From assembly GCA_026770705.1 (NCBI GenBank), contig JANJGN010000001.1, positions 149,668,001-149,732,000 on the forward strand: a DNA stretch of 64,000 bases. The letters run 5' to 3'. The notes under the pieces are model-generated. The model searched no databases, was not told the origin of the DNA, and saw only the letters and a list, made by a program, of their open reading frames with translations. Shown here in pieces: positions 52,095-64,000 of the stretch (position 1 is the stretch's first letter; every line of letters starts with the position of its first letter). Made by a program: the position numbers and the translations under genes. The stretch comes from Isurus oxyrinchus (Eukaryota).

Positions 52095-52810
52095 TAAGGT
52101 GTCAGTGCTAGAGATTCAACTATTTACAATATTAATAATCTGGATAAAGGGAAAGAATGTACTGTAGCCAAATTTTCCAACAATACAAAGGAAATTATGT
52201 TGTGAGGTCGTCACAAATTTCTATAAAGGAATTAAGATAGCTTAATAAAGTGGATAAACGTTTAGCGGATAAGGTATAATGCTAAATCTATACAAGGCAC
52301 TAGTTAAACCACAGCTAGAACAGTTTTGGTCCCCTTATTGAAGGAAAGATATACTGGCACTGGAGACAGTCCAGACAAGGTTCATCAGATTGATTCTGGG
52401 TATGGAGGAATTTTCTTATGAGGAGAGATTGAGTAGATTGGGCCTGTACTCATTGGAGTTTAGAAGAATGAGAGATAACCTTATTGAAACATAAGATTCT
52501 TAGTGGACTTGACAGGTAGCTGCTCAGAGGTTGTTTCCCCTTGTGGGTGAGTCTAGGACCAGAGTGCATAATCTCAGAGTGAGGGGTCACCCATTTAAGA
52601 CAGATGAGGAGGAATTTCTTCTCTCAGAAGGTTGTTAATCTGTGGAATTCTTTACCATAGAGGGCTGTAGAGGCTGGGTCATTAAATATATTCACGGCTG
52701 AGATAGACAGATTTTTAATCAGTAAGGGAATCAAGAGTTACGGGGAAAAGGCAGGAAAGAGGGGTTGAGGATTTTCAGATCAGCCATGATCTCATTGAAT
52801 GGCGGACAGG
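52095..52810 (+). mobile_element. CR1 3' portion
   Basis: YEERLSRLGLYSLEFRRMR and tail GATCAGCCATGATCTCATTGAATGGCGG. Confidence 0.88.
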
Positions 52811-55108
52811 ATATGACCCTCAGCATGATACAAACTAAAAAGCTGACTTTGAGCAGGGTGGCAAACAAGACAAGTGGTAACCACCCTGACATTTTCAGTG
52901 CCGGTCCTGCGTCCATTGTTCAGAATAGTTTGAATAAGTAATTGACACCGGGCAAGCTACAAGCCCCCCCAAAAAGGTATTTATGGGGAGGTCCTGGTGG
53001 GGTCGTATACTGCTGAGGAATCACATACTGCTGAGGTGCTAAGGAGGTTGCAGCAGCCGCCTTCTTAAGATGGACGAGGAGGTGACTGTTAGTGAGACCA
53101 ACACATTCTGTGCCAACTGTTTGTCTGCCGTCTGGAACCAGTAAACCACAACTACCATGGGTCATATACTTTTTCTGCCTAATTAGTTAATGTATCATAT
53201 CTATTAAATTTATTAAGAAACAACAGTTTAAACCAACTTAAAATTACTTATGACTAGACAACTGCCTATTTAGGTATCTGTGGCCTCGAACACCAGAAAA
53301 TCTTACACTCGGGATATGCCAGTGATTTCTTACCTACAAGAACCTTCCTTCTTAGAGATAAAAATTTGTGGTCTGAAAACACAAGAGTACGCATATCTCA
53401 AACAGAATCACAGTTCCTGACTTCATGGGAAAATAGACAGCACTTGGTATTGATCTCCTTGAATGTCCTGCCCTGCCCTGCAGACTTGGAGCTACATTTA
53501 AGCCACTATGGTCAATGAGCTCTATGAGTCGAAAAGTATGTAGTTTGTTGTCAGGAAAATGGTGGTGAGGCATTAATTTTACATGAGTTGTGCTGCTCGC
53601 CATGCTATGCATGTGGAGCTCTGGCTCCTATTGTCCATAAGCAAAGGCTCAAACCCACATTTGTCAATTGTCTAAATTATTAACTAGCGACTATTCTATC
53701 TGGGTGGAGATGTCAGCAGAGTATTTCTGAGGATGAAGTGTCAGGTTACCAAGCCTGCTGATGGAAAAATCAGATCAAGGCAACATTCTAGCAGCAGGCT
53801 TCATCTGCATTTAATATTTCAGAGTACTGAAGATGGAAGACGTGCTACCTAGGTCATCAATGGGCCCTGAAGTGATAATCTGTCAGTTGGATCCAGAATT
53901 CTTCCAAGTTGAGCTAGCTGGCTCACTGTGCCATAATGCAGGGTTTCCAGGCTTTTATCTTTGTATCAGGAACCTTGGAGGATCATATTAGTTTTAAAAT
54001 ACATGTGGCCATTAATTGCTGATCCTAACAGATTTCAATTTTTTGATTTAGGGTTTACATCACAATGAAATAACAGAGCTCAATACAGCCTCCATTCCAT
54101 AACATCAGGGTCACAAAATTGAAATAGACAAACCACCAAAGGTACCTTCAATTTCAGGGACAAGAATGTCAGAGTTCAAGGGGTTATTATTTGAATAATC
54201 AGTATGGTAGTCCTGTCTAGATAAGTAAGCTATTAAATCTGATTAGTAGGGTTTCACATGAATTCCAGTGCTCAACTGTTTTCCTCAGAACGTTTGCTAT
54301 TACATGCCATTTGTAGCATACCAAAATGGAAATAGTGAAATGTGAATTGCCACATAGCATATAAATGTTGCAACAAGATTAATCTTCTCACACTTCTCAT
54401 AACATGCCTTGAGTTTGTTCCCCTAATCCCAAATCAGATATTTCGGAAACAAATTCTGCTATACAAATAGTCATTTGCACCTATTCCAAATCATTTTTGG
54501 AAATATTAACCCTCTATTAAAATGTACATAGAAACTTTTCTTTAATAAGCCTTCACTTCTTGCACACTCTTGCCTATCACTTAACCTTTAATTATTGAAT
54601 TATCGTGGATTTTTTTTAAACAGCACAGAAGGAGGCCGTTCAGCCCATCATGTGTGCCGTGTATTTATTAATGTTTTTGTCTAATTTTCTCCCTTACAGT
54701 GAGGATCACTATGCATTAGAAAAAACTGTGGCTTGTTTATAACGTACTGGCACACTTGAAAGGGAACAAAGCTTTGTAGAATGAAAAACAAAATCCAAAT
54801 AATTAGCATCTGTTAAGGTAACTCAAGTTGATTGGTTTAGAAAACATACAAATCAGCCTGCTCTGCCATTCAATAAGATCATGGTTGATCTAATTTTAAC
54901 TTCAACTCCACACTCCTGCCTATCCCCAATAACCTTTCATCTTCCTGCTTATCAAGAATCTATCTACCTCCGCCTTAAAGATATTCAAAGATTCTGCCTC
55001 AACCACACTGAGGAAGAGAATCCCAAAGTCTTGCAACCCTCACAGATAAAAATTTTGCCTCAGCTGTCTTAAATGAGCGACACTTTATTTTAAAACAGTG
55101 ACCCCTAG

Positions 55109-58100
55109 ACTCAGACTCAAGACGTTTACGGCACAGAGGGGGCCCTTTGGCCCATCATGTCCACACCGGTCAACAAAGATCTGACTACACGACTTCCATT
55201 TTCCAGCGCTTGGCCCATGCCCTGGAGGCTATGGCAACACAAGTGAATATCTAAATGCTTTTTAAATATTACGAGTGTTTCAGACTCAACCACCCTGTCA
55301 GGCATTGAGTTCCAGACTCCCACTATCCCTTGGGTGAAAAATTTTCTCAATTACCCTTTTAGCCTCCTAGCTCTTACCTTAAATCTATGCTGCCTGGTTA
55401 TTGACCCCCTCAACTAATAGAAAAAGTGCCTTCCTATCCACCCTATCTATGCCCCTCAATCTTATACACCTCTATCAGTTCCCCTCTCAACCTTCGTTGC
55501 TCCAAGGAAAACAACCCCAGCCTATCCAATCTTTCCGCATAACTCAGACCCTCTAACCCAGGCAGCATCCTAGTAAATCTCATCCGCTTTCTCTCCAGTG
55601 CAATCACATCCTCCCTATAATGTGGTGATCAGAACTGCAACCAGTACTCCAGTTATGGCCTAACCAGTGTTTTATACAGTTCCAGCATAACCTCCCTGCT
55701 CTTGTATTCTATGCCTCAGCTAATAAAGGCAATGATCCTATATGCCTTCTTAACCACCTTATCTACCTGCCCTGCTATCTTCAGTGATCTGTGGATATGC
55801 ACACCAAGGTCCCTCTGATCTTCAGTGCTTTTCAAGTCTTACCATTGATAGTGTAATCCCTCGCCTTGTTAGCCCTCCCCAAGTGCATTACCTCACACTT
55901 TTCCAGGTTGAATTCCATTTGCTCATGCTCTGCCCACCTGACCAGTCCATTGATATCCTCCGGCAGTTTATGGCTATCCTCCTCACTGTTTACCACCCTA
56001 CCTATTTTTATGTCATCCGAAAACTTCTTGATGATACTCCCTTACATTTAAGTCCAAATATTTATGTACACCACAAACAGCAAGGACCCCAGCACTGAGC
56101 CCTGTGGAACCCCACTGGAAACAGGCTTCCAGTCACAGAAACATCCCTCTACCATCACCCTCTGCTTCCTGCCACTCAGCCAATTTGGATCCAACGAGCC
56201 ACTTTGCTTGGGTCCCAGTCTGTCATGAGAGACCTTATCAAAAGCCTTACTAAAGTCCACATCAAATACATTACCCTCACCAACACTCTTGGTTTGCTCC
56301 TCAAAAAATTCAATCAAATTTGTCAAACATGACCCTCCCTTAACAAGTCCATGCTGACTAGCTCTGATTAACCCGTTTGTCTCCAAGTGAAGATATACTC
56401 TGTGTCTCAGAATTATTTCTAGTAGCTTCCCCACCACCGAGGTTAGACCAATGGGCCTATAGTTTCCTGGTCTATCCTTTCTTCCCTTTTTTAATAATGG
56501 GACAACGTAAGCAGGCCTCCAGTCCTCAGCATCTCACCTGTGGCCAGAGGAGATTTGAAAATTACTGCCAGGGCCCCTGATATCTCTTCCCTTGCCTCCC
56601 TCAACAGCCTGGGATACATCACATCCTGGCCTGTGGATAAATCCACTTTTAAGGCCCCGAAACCCACTAGTGCCTCCTATCCCCCCATGTTAATTTCCTC
56701 TAATATTTCATAGTCCTCCATCCTGATTTCTATACCTGCATTGTCCTTTTCTATTGTAAAGACCGATGCAAAGTATCCACTGAGGACTGTACCCACATCT
56801 TCTGGGTCCACACAGAGATAACCTCTCTCGTGCCCAATTAGCTCTGCTCTTTCTTTTGTGTGATTCTCTTGCTCTTTATACATTTAAAAAACCCTTTTGG
56901 GTTTCCCTTTATTCAGCCCACCAGTGCTTTCTCATGCAGTCTCTTAGCTTTCCTAATTTCCATTTTAAGTTCCTCCCTGCACTTTTTATACTCCTCTCAG
57001 AACTCTGTCATACTGAGCCCTCAGTATCTATCATAAGCTTCTCTTTGTTTTCCCTGAATCCTAACTTTATGTCCCTTGACATCCAGGATTCTCAGACTTG
57101 GTCCCCCACTTTGTCTTTACAGGAACATATTTGACCTGTACTCTCGTTATTTCCTCCATGAATGCCCCCCAAGTAGCTGCTCCCAATCAACTTGGGTCAA
57201 ATCGTATCTCATCCTAGTAAAATTACCTTTCCCCAGTTTAGAACTTTTATTCCCAACACAACCTTATCCTTTTACATAACTATCCTAAATCTAACGCAGT
57301 TATGGTCACTATCTCCAAAATGCTCCCCTACGGACACGCCTTCCACCTGCCCGGGCTTATTTCCGAATGTTAGGCTCAGAAAGGCCCCCTCCCTTGTTGG
57401 GCTTCTTACTTACTGGCTAAAAAGGTTCTCCTGGATGCAACTTAAGAACTTTGCTCCCTCCCTACTTTGCACACTAAAACTATCACAATTAATATTTAGT
57501 AGTTAAAATCCTCTACTGTTACTGCCTTATTATTCTTACACTTCTCTGAAATTTGATTACATATTTGATCCTCCATCTCTCCCTGACCGTCTGGGGGCAT
57601 ATAGTACACACCCAACAGCATGTTTGCCCCTTGTGTTTTTTACTTTTACCCACATGGCCTCATTTGATGATCCTTCCAGGATATCATCCCTCCTCACTGC
57701 TATAATTGATTCCTTGATCAATACTGCGACCCCCCGAACCCCCCCACCCTCCTCTTCCATCCCTCTCTCTATCTTGTTTGAATACCCTATAATCAGGAAT
57801 GTTGAGCTGCCAATCCTGCCCTTCTTTTAGCCTAGAATCAGTCAAAGCGATGATATCATAATCCCACGTGCCTGTCTGTGCTCTCAGCTCCTCTGCCTTA
57901 TTCCTCATGCTCCTTGCATTAAAATTTATTCCATTTAGCCTTGCTAAATTCACTTTTTTTTATCTAGCCTATGTCTCCTCTGCCTTCTAGACTCACTCAC
58001 TAGCATTTTAGTTCTAATTCGATCTCAGCTTCTCTCCCGTCTGAACTATTTTTAAGGATCCTCACCCCTCCTTGCCAATTTAGTTTAAATCGGGCCCAGC

Positions 58101-58272
58101 AGCATTAACAAGGCTCCTCATGAGGATGTTGGTCATTCCTGTTTAAATGTAACCCATCCAATGTGTACAGTTCCCACCTCCCCAATAAACAGTCCCAATG
58201 CCCCAGGAATCTAAAGCTCTCCTTCCTGCACCATCTCTCCAGCCACTTATTCATCTGCTCTACCCTTCTATA
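55109..58272 (-). mobile_element. Long CR1 (ORF1 end, APE, RT, tail) nested in CR1
   Basis: ORFs 57684-57953 (NFNARSMRNK), 56048-56437 and 55126-55350. Confidence 0.9.
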
Positions 58273-58648
58273 CTAGTTCCAGATTTTCCCACAAGAGGAA
58301 ACATCCTTTCCTGTCAAGTCCCCTCAGGATCTTTTATTCAATCAATTCACCCCTTATTCTTCTAAACTCCAGCAGATACAAGCCTGACCGGTCCACTCTT
58401 TCCGCCTAAGACAAATCACCCATTCCAGGTATTAATCTAGTAAACCTCCTCTGAACTGCTTCCAATGCATTTATATCTTTCTTTAAATAAGGAGGTCAAT
58501 ACTGTACACAGTACTCAAGATGTGGCCTCAACAAGGCCCTGTATAACTGAAGCATAATCTTCCTACTCTTGTATTCAATTCTCCTTGCAATAAATGATAA
58601 CATTCTATTAGCTTTGCTAATTACTTGCTGCACCTAGATACCAACCTT

Positions 58649-58887
58649 GGCTTGGCCTAAATAGCCAAGTGGTTATGGTACTGGATTTGTAACCCCAAGA
58701 TCAAGAGTTCAAATCTCACAATGGCTAACTATGGTAACATTTTGGGGCTTGGCCTAAATAGCCAAGTGGTTATGGTACTGGGTTTGTAACCTCAAGATCA
58801 AGAGTTCAAATCTCACAATGGCAAACTATGAAACAATATAACCTCATCTGAAACAGATGGAAACGGGTTTGTACTCGAAAGAGTTAC
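58649..58887 (+). mobile_element. Dimeric tRNA-Thr(UGU)-derived SINE-like insertion with 11-bp TSD
   Basis: Two 97-bp-period units (starts 58649, 58746), each with A-box TAGCCAAGTGG, anticodon loop TTTGTAA and B-box GAGTTCAAATC. TSD ATACCAACCTT at 58638-58648 and 58888-58898. Confidence 0.85.
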
Positions 58888-60474
58888 ATACCAACCTTTT
58901 GCAACTCATGCATTGGGACACCCAGACCCCTCTGCATCTCAGAGCTCTGCAATCTCTCACCATTTAGATTATATGCTTCTGTTTTATTCTTTCTGCCAAA
59001 TGGACAAACTCATATTTTCCCACACTACACTCCATTTGCCAGATCTTTGCCCACTCACTTAACCGATCTATATTCTTTTGTAGCCTCATATCTTCTTCAC
59101 AACTGACTTTCCTACCTAGCTTTGTGTCATCAGCAAATTTAGCAACCATATCTTCCGACCCTTCATCCAGGTCATTTATATAAATGTGAAGTGTTGAGGC
59201 CCCAGTGCTGATCCCTATGGCACACCACTCCGCACATCCTGCCAAACAGAAAAAGACCCATTTATGCCTACTTTGTTTCCTATTAGCTAGCCAATCTTCT
59301 ATCCATGCCAATATGTTACCCCCTACACCATCAAGTTTTATTTTCCGCAATAACCTTTGGAGTGGCACCTTATCAAGTGCCTTCTGGAAATCGAACTACA
59401 GTACAATCCACGAGTTCCTTTTTATCTACAAAACATATTACTTCTTCAAAGAACTCCAATAAATTAGTTGAATGTGATTTCTCTTCATAAACCCATGTTG
59501 ACTCTGCCTGATTACCTTGAATTTATCTAAGTGGGCCCTGCTACAAAAATAGTTTCTAACATTTCCCTATGACAGATGTTAAGTTAAGTAGCCTATAGTT
59601 TCCTGCTTTCTGTCTCCCTCCTTTTTTGAACAAAGGAGTTACATTAGCTACTTTCTAATCTAATAGAGCATTCCCCGAATCTAGGAAATTTTGGAAAATT
59701 GAAACCTACACATCAACTACCTCACTTGCCACTTCTTTTAAGACCCTAGGATGAAATCCATCATAATTCAGGGACTTGTCCAACAGGCTAAACAAAAAAC
59801 CAAGCATAAACCTGCTCCAGGTACTAAACAAATATGAAAAAGTAGCTACCCCAACAAAAATCAACCAAATTTCTGCCAACTCCCTCTCTGCCAAGTTAGT
59901 ATTCATGTGTTACAAACTTAACCAAATGATTCAAACAATTTTCCTTCAACTGCTTTGAGCAGCCAAACTTTTCGGGTGCTATCTATATACATCTAAAAAC
60001 GAAATTAGTAACATATTAAACAATAAAAGCATTATGTAAATGCAAGTTAAAGTTGAAAAACATCCCAAGGTGTTACATAAACGAGGAAAAAAAACAGAAA
60101 TCTAGCTATTAAGAGTGAGGAAGGGCAACTGAAAACTTAGTTGAAGAGCTGTTTTTGAAAAGACTTTTGAAAGCGATGAGGGAGGTAAAGAGTTAGGGAT
60201 TCACAAGAGAGATTTCCAGAGAGTTGGGGCTCCTCTGCCTGTAGTTAGGTAGTAAAGATATGAAGGGCAACAAATCTATAGAACCAATTACCCAAGGCTA
60301 CTCCCAAGCATAATCAGATGAAGAGGAGCATTAACGGGAATCTCACAGCATTTCTCCAGCCATTATTCTTAGTCAGGGAAGATGGTAGAGCGCTGTTCAA
60401 AGGGTAATAGGGTGCAGATGATAAGAAAAATCAATTGCCTTCCCGCTTTTCTTTTAAACTCAAATTTGACTTAC

Positions 60475-60594
60475 CAATGGTTCAGCCATCACAACTTCAA
60501 TCTTTTTTTCAGCCTGAACTGTGAATTCTGCAAAGAGGCTCTTAATAACATATTCCCCAGGTTTGATGTCCGGGTCTATGGTAATGTTTGACAT
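60475..60594 (-). CDS. FRYL: FRYL coding exon, ATG to donor: [40 protein letters not shown] (120 nt, ends phase 0)
   Basis: The translation closely matches the vertebrate FRYL N-terminus as recalled ([40 protein letters not shown]) and differs from FRY ([24 protein letters not shown]). ATG is at 60594-60592; donor TTG|GTAAGT follows 60475. Confidence 0.95.
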
Positions 60595-60674
60595 TGTGAC
60601 ACTCTTCTTCTCCCAGGCAGGATTACTACCTGGAGAAATACGGCGCCTGGTTACGGTGCTAACAGGTGCTGATG
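60595..60674 (-). other. FRYL: 5' part of the same FRYL exon (80 nt; 5'UTR or in-frame N-terminal extension)
   Basis: Acceptor TTTGTGTTTTCATGCAG|CATCAG at 60675/60674 gives a 200-nt exon. The 80 nt have no stop in the FRYL frame (SAPVSTVTRRRISPGSNPAWEKKSVT). Confidence 0.8.
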
Positions 60675-61624
60675 CTGCATGAAAACACAAAGGAATATAA
60701 TTATTTACAATGGGTGGCCAGCAGGAAGCATGCAATGCAGTATTGTAAGCAGCTTAAACTAGAACAACAGAAGATTATACCAATCAGCAAATTAACAACT
60801 TGCATTTCTACAGCATTCCTAACAAGGAAACACATCTCTCAGCAATTTAGAAAGAAAAAAAGATACACATTAACACAAGAAAGAAAACATTTAGAGTGGA
60901 AGGTTTGAAAGCACAATTAAACTATAAAGACTTTTAGGTGTTTGTGACAGCAGATCATGACATGATGAATAGATTTTGACATTCCAGAAGCCCGGGACAA
61001 AATGCTTGTCAGAATGGCATAATGGACTGCGGGGAACAGGGAACAAGTTAATAAACCAATTATAAGAGTGCCATTTGTTTGGGAATAGTAAGATTTAGCA
61101 AGAATAGGAGCAATGGGCGTGTGGGTCTTTCTATGGGGGAGAACATAGGCTGCTGAATGCTGACTAAGTTGAATTTGTGGAGCCAGGGATGCTAGCAAGG
61201 AAATGGCTAAAGAAGTCAAGGCTTGATGTGATAAAGATGCAATCTGGATTTCACAGCACTGAGGGAGAGACTGTGAAGAAGGCAGAAAATGTTCTAATGA
61301 TGAAAAAAATGAATCTTGGTAATAGCTTGATGTGAGGAAGGAAACTCAACTTGGATTAGAGAAAATACCAATGTTCAGCAAATCCAGAATTAGTGTTACA
61401 ACGGAGAAAAGACCAGATGAGGCCCAAGACAATTTATGCGGATGGTTTCTGTTTCGGATACAAATAACTTCATGTGCTTTTCTCATTTCATGTTAATAGT
61501 GGGAAGAAAGGGCATGGAAAGCAGATGATCAGGAGAAACAATTATGTGATGGGGGAAGCAAGTTTGGTGCTGTTCTTGCCCACTGGAGGAATAGGATGAT
61601 TGTATATCAAGAGTGCAATCTCTC

Positions 61625-64000
61625 AGAAACACGGAATTTTAACAGCACAGGAGGCCATTCGGCCCATCGTGTCTGCACCAGCTCTCCAAATGAATATCAT
61701 GACCTAGTGCCTTTGCCCTGCCTTTACCCGCTACTCTTGCGCATTGTTTCTATTCAATCATCTAATGCCCTCTTCAATGCCTCGATTGAACCTGTCTCCA
61801 CCACACTTCCATGCAGTGCATTGCAGAGCTGAACCACTTGTTGTGTGGAAAAGTTTTTTCTCACATCACATTTGCTTCTTTTGCAAATCACTTTAAATCT
61901 GTGCCCTCTCGTTCTTGATCCTTTTACGAGCAGGAACAGCTTCTCCCTATCTACTTTGTCCAGCCCCCTCATGATTTTGAACACCTCTACCAAATCTGCT
62001 CTTAGCCTTCTTCTCTCCAAGGAGAATAGTCCCAACCCCTCCAATCTATCTTCATAGCTGAAGTTTCTCATCCCTGGAAACATTCTTGTAAACCTCTTCT
62101 GCACTCTCTCCAATGTGTTCACATCCTTCCTATAATGTGGCACCCAGAACTGTACACAATATACCAGCTGAGGTCTAACGAGTGTCTTATATAAATTCAG
62201 CATAACCTCCCTGCTCTTGTACTCTATAACCCTATTAATAAAGCCCAGGATACTATATGCTTTATTAACTACTCTCTCCACCTGTCTTGCCACTTTCAAC
62301 GATCGATGCACCCAAGTCATTCTGCTTCACCCCCTTCAAAATTTCACCCCTTATTTCATATTGTCTATACATGCTTTTCCTACACTTCTCCGCATTGAAC
62401 TTCATCTGCCATCTATCTGCTCACTCCATGAACTTATCTATGTCCTCTTGAAGTTCCACACCATCCTCCTCACAGTTCACAACACTCCCAGCCTTCATAT
62501 CGTCCACAAACTTTGAAATTGTCCCCTACACATCAAGATCTAGATCATTAATATTTATCAGGAAAAGCAAGAGTCCCAGTGCCAACCCGAGGAACTCCAC
62601 TACAAACCATCCGCCAGCCCAAAAAACGTCTATTGACCATTTCCCTGCTTCCTATTTTTCAGCCAATTTTGTATCCACATTACTACTGTCCCTTTTATTC
62701 CATGAGCAATAACTTTTCTCACAAGTCTGTTGTGTGGCACTGTATAAAATGCCTTTTGAAAGTTCATGTACACCACATCAACAGCATTACCCTCATTGAC
62801 CTTTTCTGTTACCTCTTCAAAAGACTCCAGCAAGTTAATTAAACACTATTTCCCCTTTAGAAATCCATGTTGGCTTTTCCTTATCAACCCACATTTTTCC
62901 ATGTGACTACCAATTATATCCCGAATAATTGTTTCTAGAATCTTGCCCACCACTGAAGTTAAACTGACTGATCTGTAATTGCCAGCCTTATGCTTACAAC
63001 CTTTTTGGAACAAGGGCGCAACACTTGCAATTCTCCAGTCCCCTGGCATCACCCCCTAGTCCAGGGAAGACTAAAGACTGAAAGAGTCCCTGCAATTTCT
63101 ACTCTCACTTCCTTCAATATCCTTGGATACATCTCATCCGGTGCCAGTGTTTTGTCAAGTTTAAGTACCGACAGTCTATTCAACACTTCCTCCCTGTCAG
63201 TTTTGAACCCTTCTAGTGACAGTTTCCTCATCTGTCACCATGGCCGGGTAACATCTACCTCTTTGGTAAAGACGGATGCAAAATATTCATTTAATACCTC
63301 AGCCATGGCCCCTTCGTCCATATGTAAATTCCCTTTTAGGTCCTTAATTGGCCCTACTCCTCCTCTTACCACTGTTTTACTATTTATATGTCCATAGGAG
63401 ACTTTCGGATTCCCCTTTATGTTGGCCGCCAGTCTTTTCTCATCATCCCTCTTCACTTCTCTAATATGCTTTCTCACCTTCCCTCCGGGTCTTTTGCATC
63501 CCTCTTGGTTCTCAATTGTATTTTCTACCTGAAACCAACCATAAGCGTACTTTTCCTTCTTTATCTTAATTTAAATCTCCTTTTTCATCCAGGGAGCTCT
63601 AGATCGGTTTGCCTTACCTTTCCCTTTCAATGAAATATACCTTGATTGTGCTCAGGCCAATTATTTTTTGAAGGTAGCCCATTGTTCAGCTAGTCTTTCC
63701 TGCCAATCTTTCGTTCCAGTCTATCTAGCCCAGTTCAGTTCTTGCCCTATCAAAGTCGGCTCTTGTCCAGTTAATTATTCTTACGCTGGATTGCCCATCA
63801 TCCTTTTCTATCATCATCCTAAAACGCACAATAATCACTGTCTCCTAAATGTTCCTCCACTGACACTTGATCTACTTGGCCCACCTGATTTCAAAGAACC
63901 AGGTCCAATGGTGCGTCTTTTCTTGTTGGATTGGACACATACTACTGTAGAAAATTCACCTGAACACAATTTAGGAGCTTTTGCCCCTCTCCACCTTTTA
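61625..64000 (-). mobile_element. CR1 ORF2 and 3' end, running off the window
   Basis: ORFs 61754-62320, 62630-62833, 62846-63052 and 63235-63477; same subfamily as 31260-33628, in opposite orientation. Confidence 0.95.

Larger units (their letters stand above)
54850..59780 (-). mobile_element. CR1 host copy in pieces (54850-55108, 58273-59780), interrupted by another CR1 and a SINE
   Basis: The sequence is continuous across ...CCCCTAG / CTAGTTCCAGA; RT motif KFADDTKLG (ORF 58964-59368). Confidence 0.85.
9499..60474 (-). other. FRYL: FRYL intron, 50,976 nt, GT-AG, rich in transposable elements
   Basis: Bounded by the two in-frame FRYL exons; the protein is contiguous across the junction. 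Confidence 0.9.

Noticed and set aside
58652-58822. Two functional tRNA-Thr genes
   Set aside because: Acceptor and anticodon stems pair poorly, and the pair sits inside a TSD-flanked insert in a CR1.
58836-58890. Twister or hammerhead ribozyme in the SINE tail
   Set aside because: GAAA and UAA-like motifs are present, but there is no CUGANGA core and the twister internal loop and pseudoknots cannot be built.
60675-60735. N-terminal part of ORF 60460-60735 (MHASCWPP...)
   Set aside because: It lies upstream of the splice acceptor and includes the polypyrimidine tract, so it is intronic.

Overview
Vertebrate nuclear DNA whose repeat content (CR1 and L2 LINEs, Penelope-like elements, tRNA-derived SINEs) suggests a shark or other chondrichthyan. 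The window lies inside FRYL (furry-like) on the minus strand. It holds a 200-nt exon at 60475-60674 ([40 protein letters not shown]) and a 54-nt exon at 9445-9498 (EKPLSRSLQRGEDLQFDQ), separated by a 50,976-nt GT-AG intron. The rest is mostly decayed and nested transposable elements. The most notable signal is a young Neptune-type Penelope-like family. Three of its TSD-flanked insertions (about 125 bp to 2.65 kb) each consist of two oppositely oriented 3' ends, one long and one short. It carries a minimal hammerhead ribozyme with a non-canonical core, CUGUYGA instead of CUGANGA. Also notable are a second hammerhead-bearing PLE lineage, a TSD-flanked dimeric tRNA-Thr-derived SINE with a structured non-poly(A) tail, and a perfect 81-bp hairpin in an old CR1. 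Coordinates were read by eye, and repeat boundaries are approximate unless fixed by a TSD.
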